This document shows, in pieces, positions 54,240 through 64,000 of a DNA stretch of 64,000 nucleotides. The stretch is from Lytechinus pictus (taxonomy: Eukaryota). The notes beneath the pieces are model-generated. The model made no database searches, was not told the DNA's origin, and saw only the letters and a list, made by a program, of their open reading frames with translations. Made by a program: the position numbers and the translations under genes. The stretch is taken from positions 13,952,001 to 14,016,000 of the forward strand of contig NC_087251.1 in NCBI RefSeq assembly GCF_037042905.1, read 5' to 3'. The first letter of the stretch is position 1, and each line of letters starts with the position of its first letter.

Positions 54240-57200
54240 GGATTAACATCAAATGGCGCCCTTAGTTAGAACATCAATTCGGCGCCTTCCATGTCGAACT
54301 CAATTCATCGCCAATGGGTAAAACATCATTACACTTCCATGTCGAACATAACTTCGGCGAACCTTTGTTGAAAAAAATTTTGGCGCCCCTAGTTTGAACA
54401 TCATTTCGGTGACCCCCTAGGTCGAACATCAATTTAGCGCCCCTATGTCGAACATCAATTCGGCATCCCTATGCAAAACATCAATATGGCGCCACCGAGG
54501 TTGTACATCAATTTGGCGCCCTTTGGTAGAACATCAGTTCGGCACCCCCCATGTTGAACTCAATTCGGCGCCCCTGGGAAAACATCAATACACTTCCATG
54601 TCGAACATCACTTCTTCGCCCCGTGGTCGAACAAAATTTCGGCGCCCCTAGTTCGAACATCAATTCGGCGCCCCTATGTCGAATATCAATTTGGCTCGCC
54701 TCCCTATGTTGAACATCAATTCTGTGCCCCTAGATCGAACATCAATTCATTGTCCCTATATGGAACATCATTTCGACGCCCCCAGGTAGAAAATTAATTC
54801 ATACCCTTATGTCGAATATCTATTCGGCGCCCCCCCCCTTATGTCGGACATTGATTCCGCTCCCCTAGGTTGAACATCAATTCAGCAACCTATGTCGAAC
54901 ATCAATTCGGCACCGCTATGCAAAACATCAATACGGCGCCACCGAGGTTGTACATCAATTTTGCGCCCGGTAGGCAAAACATCACTTCGCCTTCTAGGTT
55001 TAACATCAATTTGGCGCCCTTTGTTAGAACATCAATTCGGCGCCTCCCATGTCGAACTCAATTCATCGCCCCTGGGTAAAACATCAATACACTTCCATGT
55101 CGAACATAACTTCGGCGCACCTAATTCGAACATCAATTCGGCACCCCTATGCAAAACATCAATATGGCGCCCAAAAGTTGTACATCAATTTTGCGCCCCG
55201 TAGTCAAAACATCAATTCCCCCCCCTCGGTTTAACATCAATTTGTCGCCCCTGAGCAAACATCAATCCGCTTTCTTGTCGAACATTACTTTGGCGCCCTT
55301 TGCTTGAGCAAAATTTTGGCGCCCCTTGATTGAACATCAATTTAGTGCCCCTATGTCGAACATCCGTCAATTCGGCACCCCAATGCAAAACATCAATATG
55401 GCGCCTCGAAGGTTGTAAACCAATTTTGTGCCCCGTAGGCAAAACATAAATTCGCCCCCTCGCACAGTGGGCCGGGGCAAAACAAAAGTGCGCCAAAAGT
55501 CATTTTGGGCAATTTCAGATTTTTAATTTTTGTTATGCCCAGCTGAAAGACAACACTTTGAAGAATACTTTGGCAAAATATTTCATTCCGGAATTTGCAT
55601 AAAGGTTGTTCATTTCCTACCTCAAATCGTAAAATGTGACATTTTGCAAAATGTCACGTATATGACAACCTAGTTGAAAAACAGGCCATTTCACATGAGG
55701 TTTTTCATGTAGGAATCTGAAATGGCTCCCACATAATCCTGATATATTCTTTTTTCGTGTGAAAGGGTTCAAAGTAGATAAAAGACATCTTTCAGGAGGT
55801 TTATAGGATGATTATTCCTCGAAATAGGCTTAAAATCCATGTTTTTTGCATTTACATTAGAAACGTTTAGATTTCCGTGGATTTCCGTCTAAATTCTATA
55901 AGCATAATTTTTCCCGATGTCTAAGCTTTAAGTCGATACCAAATTTAGCTGCCCGTTTTTGCCCGTTTTCATGTTAGAGCCGATTTTACTTGACACAACA
56001 CCCCAAAAACCTGTTCAAAAACGGTCATGTTTATACCGCGCAGTCGTCGTAGCGCACCGTATGGGTGTACATTGCCGTTCGCTTTTGCACAGCGAGGACG
56101 ATTCCCCTTCCATTCCATGAAAATGACATGAATTCCGGGCATAATGTAAACAAAATAAAGGTCGCTAACGCAGATAAGGGCTATACCCACAACTCTTCCA
56201 GAGATAAAACTTACTTGTAGAATAATTTCAGCCAAAAACCCTCCTCATAGTGATACATTCGTGGTGTTATAATTTATACTCTCCGTTTTACACAAGTCAA
56301 CACAGCTTGATAAAGCACGGTTAATATATTTCAGATTTTATAAATCTAATTAATGATCATTTTGATGCCATAAAATTATTTTTGGCATCTCATACACACT
56401 TTTTAGGCATGTGAGAAGCATAAACCAACATTCACTCTGGTCAATCTGACAGGAGCACATAACACAAAGTTTATATACTACACATTGTTTAGCGTAATTT
56501 GTCTTTTCACAGATAGGTTTTAAGTAGCCAATCAAAATTTGGTATCAAGGTGACGTCACATCGGCTTTAAATTATGTTCAGTCGATTCTACGCCCAAAAT
56601 TACCCTTAATCAACATGTTAAAGTAAAAATATAACTCGAAATATATTTTTGGCGCACTTTCAACCCATTCTGGCCCACTGTGCCTCGGTTTAACATTAAT
56701 TTGGCGCCCTTTGGTAGAACATTAATTCGACACCCCCCATGTCGAACTCAATTCGTCGCCCCTGGGTAAACATCAATACGCTTCCATGTCGAACATTACT
56801 TCGGCGCCCCTTGGTTGAATATAATTTCGGCACCCCTAGTTCGAACATCATTTCGGTGACCCCCTAGGTCGAACATCAATTTAGCGCCCCTAAGTCGAAC
56901 ATCATTTCGACGCCCCCCCCCCTAGGTCGAAAATTAATTTATTACCCTTATGTCGAATATATTTTTGGCGCCGCCTAGGTCATAGAGAAACATATTTTAA
57001 TTTGTTTCGAATATCAATTTTGTGCCCGTATGTCGATTAGTCAATTCGGCCTCCCCCTAATGTCGGATATTGATTCGGTGCCCCTAGGTTGAACATCAAT
57101 TTAGTGCCCCTATGTCGAACATCAATTCGGCAGCCCTTTGCAAAACATCAATATGGCGCCTCGAAGGTTGTACATCAATTTTGCGCCCCGTAGGCAAAAC

Positions 57201-58074
57201 ATAAATTCGCCCCCTTGGTTTAACATCATTTTGGCGCCCTTTGGTAGAACATCAGTTCGGCACCCCCGATGTCGAACTCAATTCGGCGCCCCTGGGTAAA
57301 CATCAATACGCTTCCATGTCGAACATTACTTCGGCGCCCCTTAGTTGAACAAAATTTCGGCGCCCCTAGTTCGAACATCAATTCGGCGCCCCTATGTCGA
57401 ATATCAATTTGGCTCGCCTCCCTAGGTTGAACATCAATTCTGTGCCCCTAGATCGAACATCAATTTATTGCCCCTATATCGAACATCATTTCGACGCCCC
57501 CAGTTAGAAAATTAGATCATTACCCTTATGTCGAATATCTATTCGGCGCCCCCCTAGGCCAAAGAGAAACATATGTTAATATGTTTCGAATATTAATTCA
57601 GCGCCCCTATGTGGAATAATAAATTTGGCCCCCTCCCTTTTTTCGGACATTAATTCGGCGTCCCTAGGTTAAACATCAAATCAGCGCCCCTATGTCAAAC
57701 TTCAATTCGGCACCCCTATGCAAAACATCAATACGGCGCCAAGGTTGTACATCAATTTTGCGCCCCGTAGGCAAAACATCACTACGCCCCCTAGGCTTAA
57801 CATCAAATTGGCGCCCCTGGTTAAACATCAATACACTTCCATGTCGAACATTACTTCTTCGCCCCGTGGTCGAACAAAATTTCGGCGCTCCCTAGTTCGA
57901 ACATCATTTCGGTGACCCCCTAGGTCGAACATCAATTCGGCGCTCCTATGTCGAATATCAATTTGGTGACCCCCCTCCCCTCCCTCCTGGTCGATTATCG
58001 ATTCCACGCCCCTTTGTTGAACACCGATTCGGCGCCTGTTGGTTGAACATCAATCCGGCACCCCTATATAGTTA
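54240..58074 (+). repeat. Older, diverged LINE-free minisatellite block (interrupted by the Transib-like element)
   Basis: Same 26-bp monomer family. Contains empty-site versions of the LINE junction, e.g. gtaggcaaaacatcacttcgccttctaggtttaacatc (~54970) and gtaggcaaaacataaattcgcccccttggtttaacatc (~57190). Confidence 0.9.
55463..56682. mobile_element. Non-autonomous Transib/RAG-like DNA transposon, 1220 bp
   Basis: 5-bp TSD CCTCG (55458-55462, 56683-56687). Termini CACAGTGGGCC / GGCCCACTGTG. A second conserved TIR block AAAGTGCGCCAAAA (55485-55498; reverse complement at 56647-56660) follows an 11-bp non-matching spacer. CAC termini and a GC-rich 5-bp TSD are hallmarks of the Transib/ProtoRAG superfamily. 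No transposase ORF inside. Confidence 0.85.
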
Positions 58075-58144
58075 GAATATCATTTCGGTGACCCCCTATG
58101 TCGAACATCATTTCGACCCCCCCCCCTAGCTCGAAAATTAATTA
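58075..58144 (+). repeat. Resumption of young-type satellite, left flank of the LINE including TSD ATTAATTA (58137-58144)
   Basis: gaatatcatttcggtgaccccctatgtcgaacatcatttcgaccc...ctagctcgaaaattaatta matches the units of the main array. Confidence 0.8.
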
Positions 58145-58293
58145 TTTTTTTTTCTTCTATTTATCCTCAATTGAAGTACTTTATTGTCCATAAAAATATC
58201 AAAAGATACAAGTTTTTACATCAACAAAATTCATATCGTATCACACAACAATATTTTACAAAAAGTACAACAAATACAGTAAAATATGTTACT

Positions 58294-58434
58294 TACACCA
58301 CCAGTCACAATTCCTCGGCCCGCTGTCACCCGTCGAGAACCAGAGAACAATAGATTCAGTGGACTGAATCCATTGTTATCCGGCTCCAACAGGCCAGCCA
58401 ACAGCAAACCCAAAAAACTGTGACTGGTAGTGTA
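58294..58434 (-). other. Long RNA hairpin in the LINE 3' UTR
   Basis: Arms tacaccaccagtcacaatt (58294-58312) / aactgtgactggtagtgta (58416-58434) and apex aacaatagattcagt-gg-actgaatccattgtt. The intervening arms pair on the minus strand via G.U. Confidence 0.85.
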
Positions 58435-58439
58435 TTCAC

Positions 58440-61400
58440 TCAAAGTAAAAACGCATCTTTTGCATTTTCATTAAATCTTTTCTGATTATACTTCAAACTT
58501 ATGTGAAATCTTATTTCTGCTTTCAAATCTTTCAATAGATAGTTTCCATGTAACACATGTTTCTTTTTATCATTACATTCTTTGACATAATTCTTATATA
58601 CAGTATATTGGGCATAATTAAGGATGAAATTGACGAGTTTTGTTTTTCGGTTGCCTATATCATATCCTATAATAATCGTTTTTTCATTAATGTCAATATC
58701 AAGGTCAAAAATATTCCGAATAAGACACGAAACTATTTTCTAAAATATCCTTACTTTTTTGCATGTCAATAAAAAATGACATATAGTTTCCTTGCAATTG
58801 CACGTACGACATAAATTATCATTCGAAATTCCCCATTTGCATAAATTGTCTTTACTGGGCAATATTCAGTGAACAAGTTTAAAATTGAATTGTTTTATTT
58901 TATTGTCATTAATTTGCTGAAATTTGAATTTAAATACTTCACTCCAATTAAATTCGTTTGATAAATCTAAACGATCTTGCCAAAAATGTAAACAAACGGG
59001 TTCTTCTTTATATTTATCCACGAACAAACTATAATAGTGTTTAGCTGACATTTTCTCGACGTTTATTGAGTCACCTGTTGCTAACTCAATCACATTTGGT
59101 TCTTCTGTTTGTAGCCGTAGTGGGGTTCTTGTATTACGTAATTTCTCTAACCAGAAGTGTGGGAATGCCTTTTTGAGTTTTGACAATTCGAAAGAAGTAA
59201 GCAATTGTCTGCGTTTAAAATAGTTGCTAATACATGAAAAATCTTTCCAATTCCCATCTTCTATAATCTGTCCCACTTTATAAATCCCCTCTTTGATCCA
59301 GTTTTGAAAAAATAACGTTTCTTTCTCATGTTTTATATTGCTATTATACCAGATAATTTCTTGGTTTATATCGAAAACATTAAACATGTGAATATACTTT
59401 ATTTCAGACCACGATCTAAAAAGGTCAATGTAAAACACAGGTAATTGTTTTCTTTTGCATATTCTTATTATATCATTTTTTTGGCAGTTAAATCTCAAAC
59501 ACATAGGAATGTCAGAAATTTTACTGATCCAATAGAATAATTGAATAAAATTTTCCATGGTGTTTTTCACCTGAGATATATTTTTGAATCCATGATAAAC
59601 GAAGAGAAAAACATTTGTAAAGTAAATTGACCATTCTAAGGCCTCCTTCTATTTCAGAATTACAGCATACATTTCGCTTGACCTTTTCAGATTTGGAATT
59701 TCATAAAAAAAAGAGTATATCAATCTATTTACCAATTTAATTATTTTCAAGGGTACTGGGACTGCTGTTGCTGTATATACTAATTGAGAAGTGACTAAAT
59801 GCTTTATGACAGTCACCTTCCCATACAAAGTTAGTTTTCGCATTTTCCATAAGTCTAAAGTACTTTTTATTTTCTTCACTTTACCTTCCCAATTTAAGTT
59901 TTCAACTTCTCTATGAAATTTTCCAACATAAACCCCGAGACATTTTATAGCATTTTCTGTAAATTCTAATTCCTCAGTGTTTTGGACATTGATATTTAAT
60001 CTCATGAACTTAGATTTTGACCAATTAATTTTGGGACCGGCATTTCTACCAAAGTTTTCTACTTCTCTCATTATTTCTTTAACAGAGTTGCCAGAATCGG
60101 CAAAAATTGTAGTATCATCTGCAAACTGAACTATACGAATATCTATGAAGTCTGAACAATCTGATTGAGGGTTAGGTACTTGAATACCTCTAATTTTTGA
60201 ATTTTGTTTAACTTTTGCTGCTAAAACTTCTGCCAAAATAATAAACAAAAGGGCAGACAATGGACATCCTTGTCTTACACCCCTATCAATCGAAAACTTT
60301 TTAGATATCCAACCATAATTTATTATTTTACCACTGGCGTTATTATACAAAGTCTTAATCCATTTAATAAACGAATTTTTAAAAAACAAATTCTTCTAGT
60401 AAAGTGAATAAGAAAGTATGATTAACGGTGTCAAAGGCTTTCTTAAAGTCTAATGACATGATGATACCAGGTGTCTCAGTACTTTGACAAAAGTCAATTA
60501 TATCCTGTACAAGTCTAATGCATTCAGGTGCAGAACGATTTTTCATAAAACCAAACTGATCTTCAGATACAATCCAATGAATAATTTTCTTCAGTCTAAC
60601 AGTCAAAACACGAGCTGCTAATTTGTAGTCTATATTAAGAAGTGATATAGGCCGCCAATTATCTAGAAGATTTTTGTTGCCTTTTTTATACAAAAGAGTA
60701 AGGATGGCTTGACTTTGAGTTGAGGACAATTGTGTTTTGTCATATCCCTGATTCAGGCTGGCAACTACCAGCTGTTTCAAGTCCTCCCAAAAACATTTAT
60801 AAAATTCAACACTTAGGCCGTCACTACCAGGAGACTTGTTAAGATTCATTGACTTTAGTGCGAGCCAGCATTCATTTTCTGTAAGCTTTCCCTCACATAT
60901 ATTTGCTTCTTCATCATTCAAAACATATAACTTTAAGTTACCTATATATTCTTTAAAATCAGATCTTACATCATCTTTTTGATACAGTTTAGTATAGAAT
61001 TCATGTATATTTGACAAAATTTTCTCATCTTCCTTAATAATCTTTCCATTAATATCAATACAGTCTATTTCTTTCTTTTTGCCTTTTGCTTTTTCAAGCT
61101 GGAAGAAATATTTAGACGATTTCTCTCCAAACTCAAGCCACCTTGCTCTTGAGCGGCGAACATACGCACCTTTGCATTGATATTCATACCATTTATTGAT
61201 CTCACGTTTTAAACGACTAATTTCGTCTACATCTTCGCTACGTTGATCTTTATCTAGTTTTTGACAAAGTTGATCATATCTTTTTTCAATGTGTATTATA
61301 TGTTCCCTCTTCTTCCTTGACACATCAGAAGCATACTTAATGCTGAACTCCTTTATTTTTACTTTACACATCTCCCACTTCAACTGATTATCAAAATTGT

Positions 61401-62236
61401 TATATTCCATTTTGATCTTTCTAATAACATTTTTATGCCTTTTTTTTATACATTTCATCATCAAGTAAGGAATTGTTCAATTTCCAAAAACCCTTTCCCC
61501 TCTTTTTTGTTGTCACCTGAAGTTTCATCGTAACAGCATTATGATCGCACTTTAATACTGGTTTAATATCGAGAGAATGCACATACGGAACAAATGCCTT
61601 AGAGACTAGCCAATAATCAAGCCGTGAATATATATTGAGTGATAACTGCCTCCAAGTAAATTGTCTCCTCTCTGGGAAGCTCTTTCTCCATACATCTATT
61701 AAGTTATTACAGTTTTGAAATTTAACAAACCATTTTTTAGGTAAGTATGTATATGACATTCCACTTGTATCTAACTTTTTATCTTGCACACAATTCCAGT
61801 CTCCTCCTGCAATCATAATATCATTCTGTTTCTTTAACCTGTTCACCCAACTATACAGTGACGCATAAAATGACTCCTTCTGTGTATTTTTAGCAGGAGC
61901 ATATACATTCAGGCAAAAATAAACAAGATCATGACTCATTAATCTTAGTGCTATGGACCTACCATCACCTTTGGCATATATATCAATAATATTAATGTCA
62001 AGATCCTTTCGGATTAATATAGCTACACCCTTTGAGTGTTTCGTTCCATGATCATAAATTCCTAAACCTTTCCATTCATTTGAAATAACATTTTCCAGAT
62101 CTTTTGACAAAAAAGTCTCTTGTAAAAATGCGATGTCACATTTTTGACGTTTCAACCATAGAAATACTTTCTTTCTTTTAAGTGTGTCACATATTCCACG
62201 TACGTTTAACGATACAAAGTGAATAGACTCTGTCAT
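58440..62236 (-). pseudogene. Tx1-like LINE ORF2 (AP endonuclease, reverse transcriptase, C-terminal CCHC finger), disrupted
   Basis: APE motifs SLNVRG, LQET, GGDWN, SRLDY, CDH (61433-62236). RT motifs NKSPGSDG, WRPISLL, DFKKAFD, GVRQGCPLS, QFADD (59649-61464). C-terminal CRTCNCKETICHFLLTC, with final TGA at 58440-58442. Frameshifts near 61440, 60381, 59705 and 59540-59560; in-frame stops at 59701-59703, 58866-58868 and 58740-58742. Confidence 0.92.
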
Positions 62237-62284
62237 ATATTAATTATCAAGATCCAAATGTTTCATATTCATATTTCTTCGAAC

Positions 62285-63523
62285 TCACTTCTTCTTGTTC
62301 TTTACTGGTTTCATTTTCCTTTTCTTGGTCTTAGATTCTTTGTTTTTCCCGGTAGCTTTCGATGGAGAGGTCTCAGGTGACAACGTAGATTCATCGTCCT
62401 CGCTATTCGTGTAGACGCTACATGTTTCGTCGTCATATTCTCCGTACGTTTGCTGCCGTGCTCGCTGTTCGTCATCGTTACGTTTTGGCGTTGTTCCGCT
62501 AGCCTTCACCTGTGATCGCGTGCAGTACGTTGCTCCATGCGAATTGCTCGACGCGGTTCCCGCGCTGTATGAAGCTGATCGCGTCCTCATCGGTGATCGA
62601 AGATCGATGGCCTCGGATGTATCAGAATCTCTGCTCTCTGACGGTTGCTGAACAAGCTTATTGATGAAGTCCGCGAGACGAGTTTGTCGCGTCCTGTTGC
62701 TTGGATTCGCAGAATCGGCGGACTGCGTTGAATCGCTATCCTTGAGATGTCGTAGCGGTGAAGCGCGAGGCGTTGCTATGTGATTACCTGGTGCGCGGTT
62801 GTTTTGTGGGCAGGCATTCTTCATATGACCAGCGTTTATACAAAGTTGACATTTTACATCATTGTGGCATCTGGATACATGGTGTCCCGATTCAAGGCAT
62901 CTGGAGCATGTGACTGGGCCAGCTGCACCGGAGTGTTCGGGTTGTCCAAGATGATACACGCGTCCCATGAAGTTGGTCCCGAATAACATTTTCCTAGGCA
63001 ACGGTTGTGTTGGTGGGGTAATGTATAATACCCGATCTCCGATTAGACAATTTGTGAGTTGACCGTTCACTCTCAGTTTTTGACGATAGATATCTCCTTG
63101 AATCTCGCATTTCCGGTTTTCTATCTCACTGCGTATGACTTCGTCGCTGACGGACAGCGGGATATCTTTCACGGTCACTCTGGTGAGGTTTTCGTCCCTA
63201 GACCTTGTGAAAGGATTCACATCGTAGATTGCGACGGTTGCTCCGCGGATTACCAGTCCATTGGATATCAAATTGACGCGGTCTTCATGGGAGTTCAAAT
63301 AAATTCTCCATAAACGGCGAATTTGCTGGATTCCCAATATGTTGTCTAGACTGAGTGTTTTGGCTAAGGCAACGTATATTTCCTCACCTGTGACCTGTTT
63401 CTTTTCGTCATTCCTGATATCGTCCACACGTAGAAAAATGGGCTTGGGTCCTTTGGGCATGTTTGTTTCTGGGCGTGGCGTCGCTTTATGTGCATACATA
63501 GTGCGTGTGTATCCTATACGCAT
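62285..63523 (-). CDS. Tx1-like LINE ORF1p (RRM-like N-terminal half, two CX2CX4HX4C zinc knuckles, low-complexity/basic C-terminus); intact frame
   Basis: 412-aa ORF with CSRCLESGHHVSRC and CQLCINAGHMKNAC, TRVTVKDIPLSVSDEVI and RVYHLGQ motifs, and a Lys-rich tail. Lies 48 nt upstream of ORF2. The true start could be a downstream Met (e.g. MPKGPKPIFLR). Confidence 0.9.
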   Translation of the reverse strand: MRIGYTRTMYAHKATPRPETNMPKGPKPIFLRVDDIRNDEKKQVTGEEIYVALAKTLSLDNILGIQQIRRLWRIYLNSHEDRVNLISNGLVIRGATVAIYDVNPFTRSRDENLTRVTVKDIPLSVSDEVIRSEIENRKCEIQGDIYRQKLRVNGQLTNCLIGDRVLYITPPTQPLPRKMLFGTNFMGRVYHLGQPEHSGAAGPVTCSRCLESGHHVSRCHNDVKCQLCINAGHMKNACPQNNRAPGNHIATPRASPLRHLKDSDSTQSADSANPSNRTRQTRLADFINKLVQQPSESRDSDTSEAIDLRSPMRTRSASYSAGTASSNSHGATYCTRSQVKASGTTPKRNDDEQRARQQTYGEYDDETCSVYTNSEDDESTLSPETSPSKATGKNKESKTKKRKMKPVKNKKK

Positions 63524-63684
63524 TCAGCGTCACATACGCCAAACAGTTAAACTCCCCGAAATATATGAAAATACGTAGCCAAAAGATCCTTAAAACCAAG
63601 ATAGGTAATATCAATGATCCAAAACAGTTCCGTAGGCTAAAGATTACAAACTGATGGTTTTCCAATTTCGCGATATTTCCAGAT

Positions 63685-64000
63685 ATTAATTAATTACCCT
63701 TGTTTCGAAAGCTATTCGGCGCCTCCTCCCTAGATCATAGAGAAACATATGTTAATATGTTTCGAGTATCAATTCAGCGCCCCTATGTCGAATTATCAAT
63801 TCGGCCCCCCTTAGGTCGGACATTGATTCGGCACCCCTATGCAAAACATCAATACGGCGCCCTCAAGGTTGTACATCAATTTTGCGCCCCATAGGCAAAC
63901 CATTTAAAGTACACCTTAAGACCTATTTGTTTATCCTTTAATACCTTCACAACTAAATCTATATACACTGTATGATTATGTACATTTTTAAAGAAATCAT
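63685..64000 (+). repeat. Composite satellite continues to the window end, including the start of another L2-like fragment at 63903
   Basis: attaattaattacccttg...ataggcaaaccatttaaagtacaccttaagacc, the same as main-array units. Confidence 0.9.

Larger units (their letters stand above)
58145..63684 (-). mobile_element. Full-length non-LTR retrotransposon, L1 clade, Tx1-like (~5.5 kb)
   Basis: ORF1 with two CCHC knuckles and ORF2 with APE-RT-CCHC. Short poly(A) (T9 at 58145-58153 on +) preceded by AATAAA (tttatt ~58180). 8-bp TSD ATTAATTA at 58137-58144 and 63685-63692; removing the element restores the satellite sequence cgaaaattaattaattaccc. Confidence 0.95.

Noticed and set aside
55969..56535. 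Transposase, RAG1 or RAG2 coding remnants inside the Transib-like element
   Set aside because: The 88-aa and 61-aa ORFs show no recognisable motifs; the element appears non-coding (a tBLASTn/HMM search would be decisive)
4590..58144. CRISPR-like array (26-bp partly palindromic repeats)
   Set aside because: Monomers are directly tandem and degenerate with no unique spacers, there are no cas genes, and the context is eukaryotic
58171..63578. Plus-strand ORFs overlapping the LINE (58171, 58557, 62780, 63059, 63339) and the 70-aa minus ORF at 58231-58443
   Set aside because: Antisense shadows of ORF1/ORF2, or a reading through the structured 3' UTR, with no independent coding evidence

Overview
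Eukaryotic (metazoan, plausibly a marine invertebrate such as an echinoderm; inference only) repeat-dominated window. There is no intact host gene; the only host-like coding sequence is a probable last-exon fragment at 3-140. The first 4.5 kb holds a TTAA-flanked foldback MITE (529-1111) and microsatellites. From about 4.6 kb to the end lies a CpG-rich ~26-bp minisatellite (consensus ~GTCGAACATCAATTCGGCGCCCCTAT). A 5'-truncated L2/CR1-group LINE tail (~470 bp) inserted once into this minisatellite and was then co-amplified with it into a ~47-kb composite higher-order array (6951-54239). By my count the array has about 33 full and 12 internally deleted LINE-tail copies, with nested 1.3, 2.0, 2.6, 3.1-3.4 and 11.4 kb periodicities. 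An older, LINE-free stretch of the minisatellite (54240-58074) carries a 1220-bp non-autonomous Transib/RAG-like DNA transposon with CACAGTG (RSS-heptamer) termini, bipartite TIRs and a 5-bp TSD. A full-length Tx1/L1-clade LINE (58145-63684, minus strand, 8-bp TSD) is inserted into the ATTAATTA motif of the satellite. It has an intact ORF1, a disrupted ORF2, and a ~140-nt G.U-rich hairpin in its 3' UTR. Most short ORFs in the track are artefacts of the repeats.
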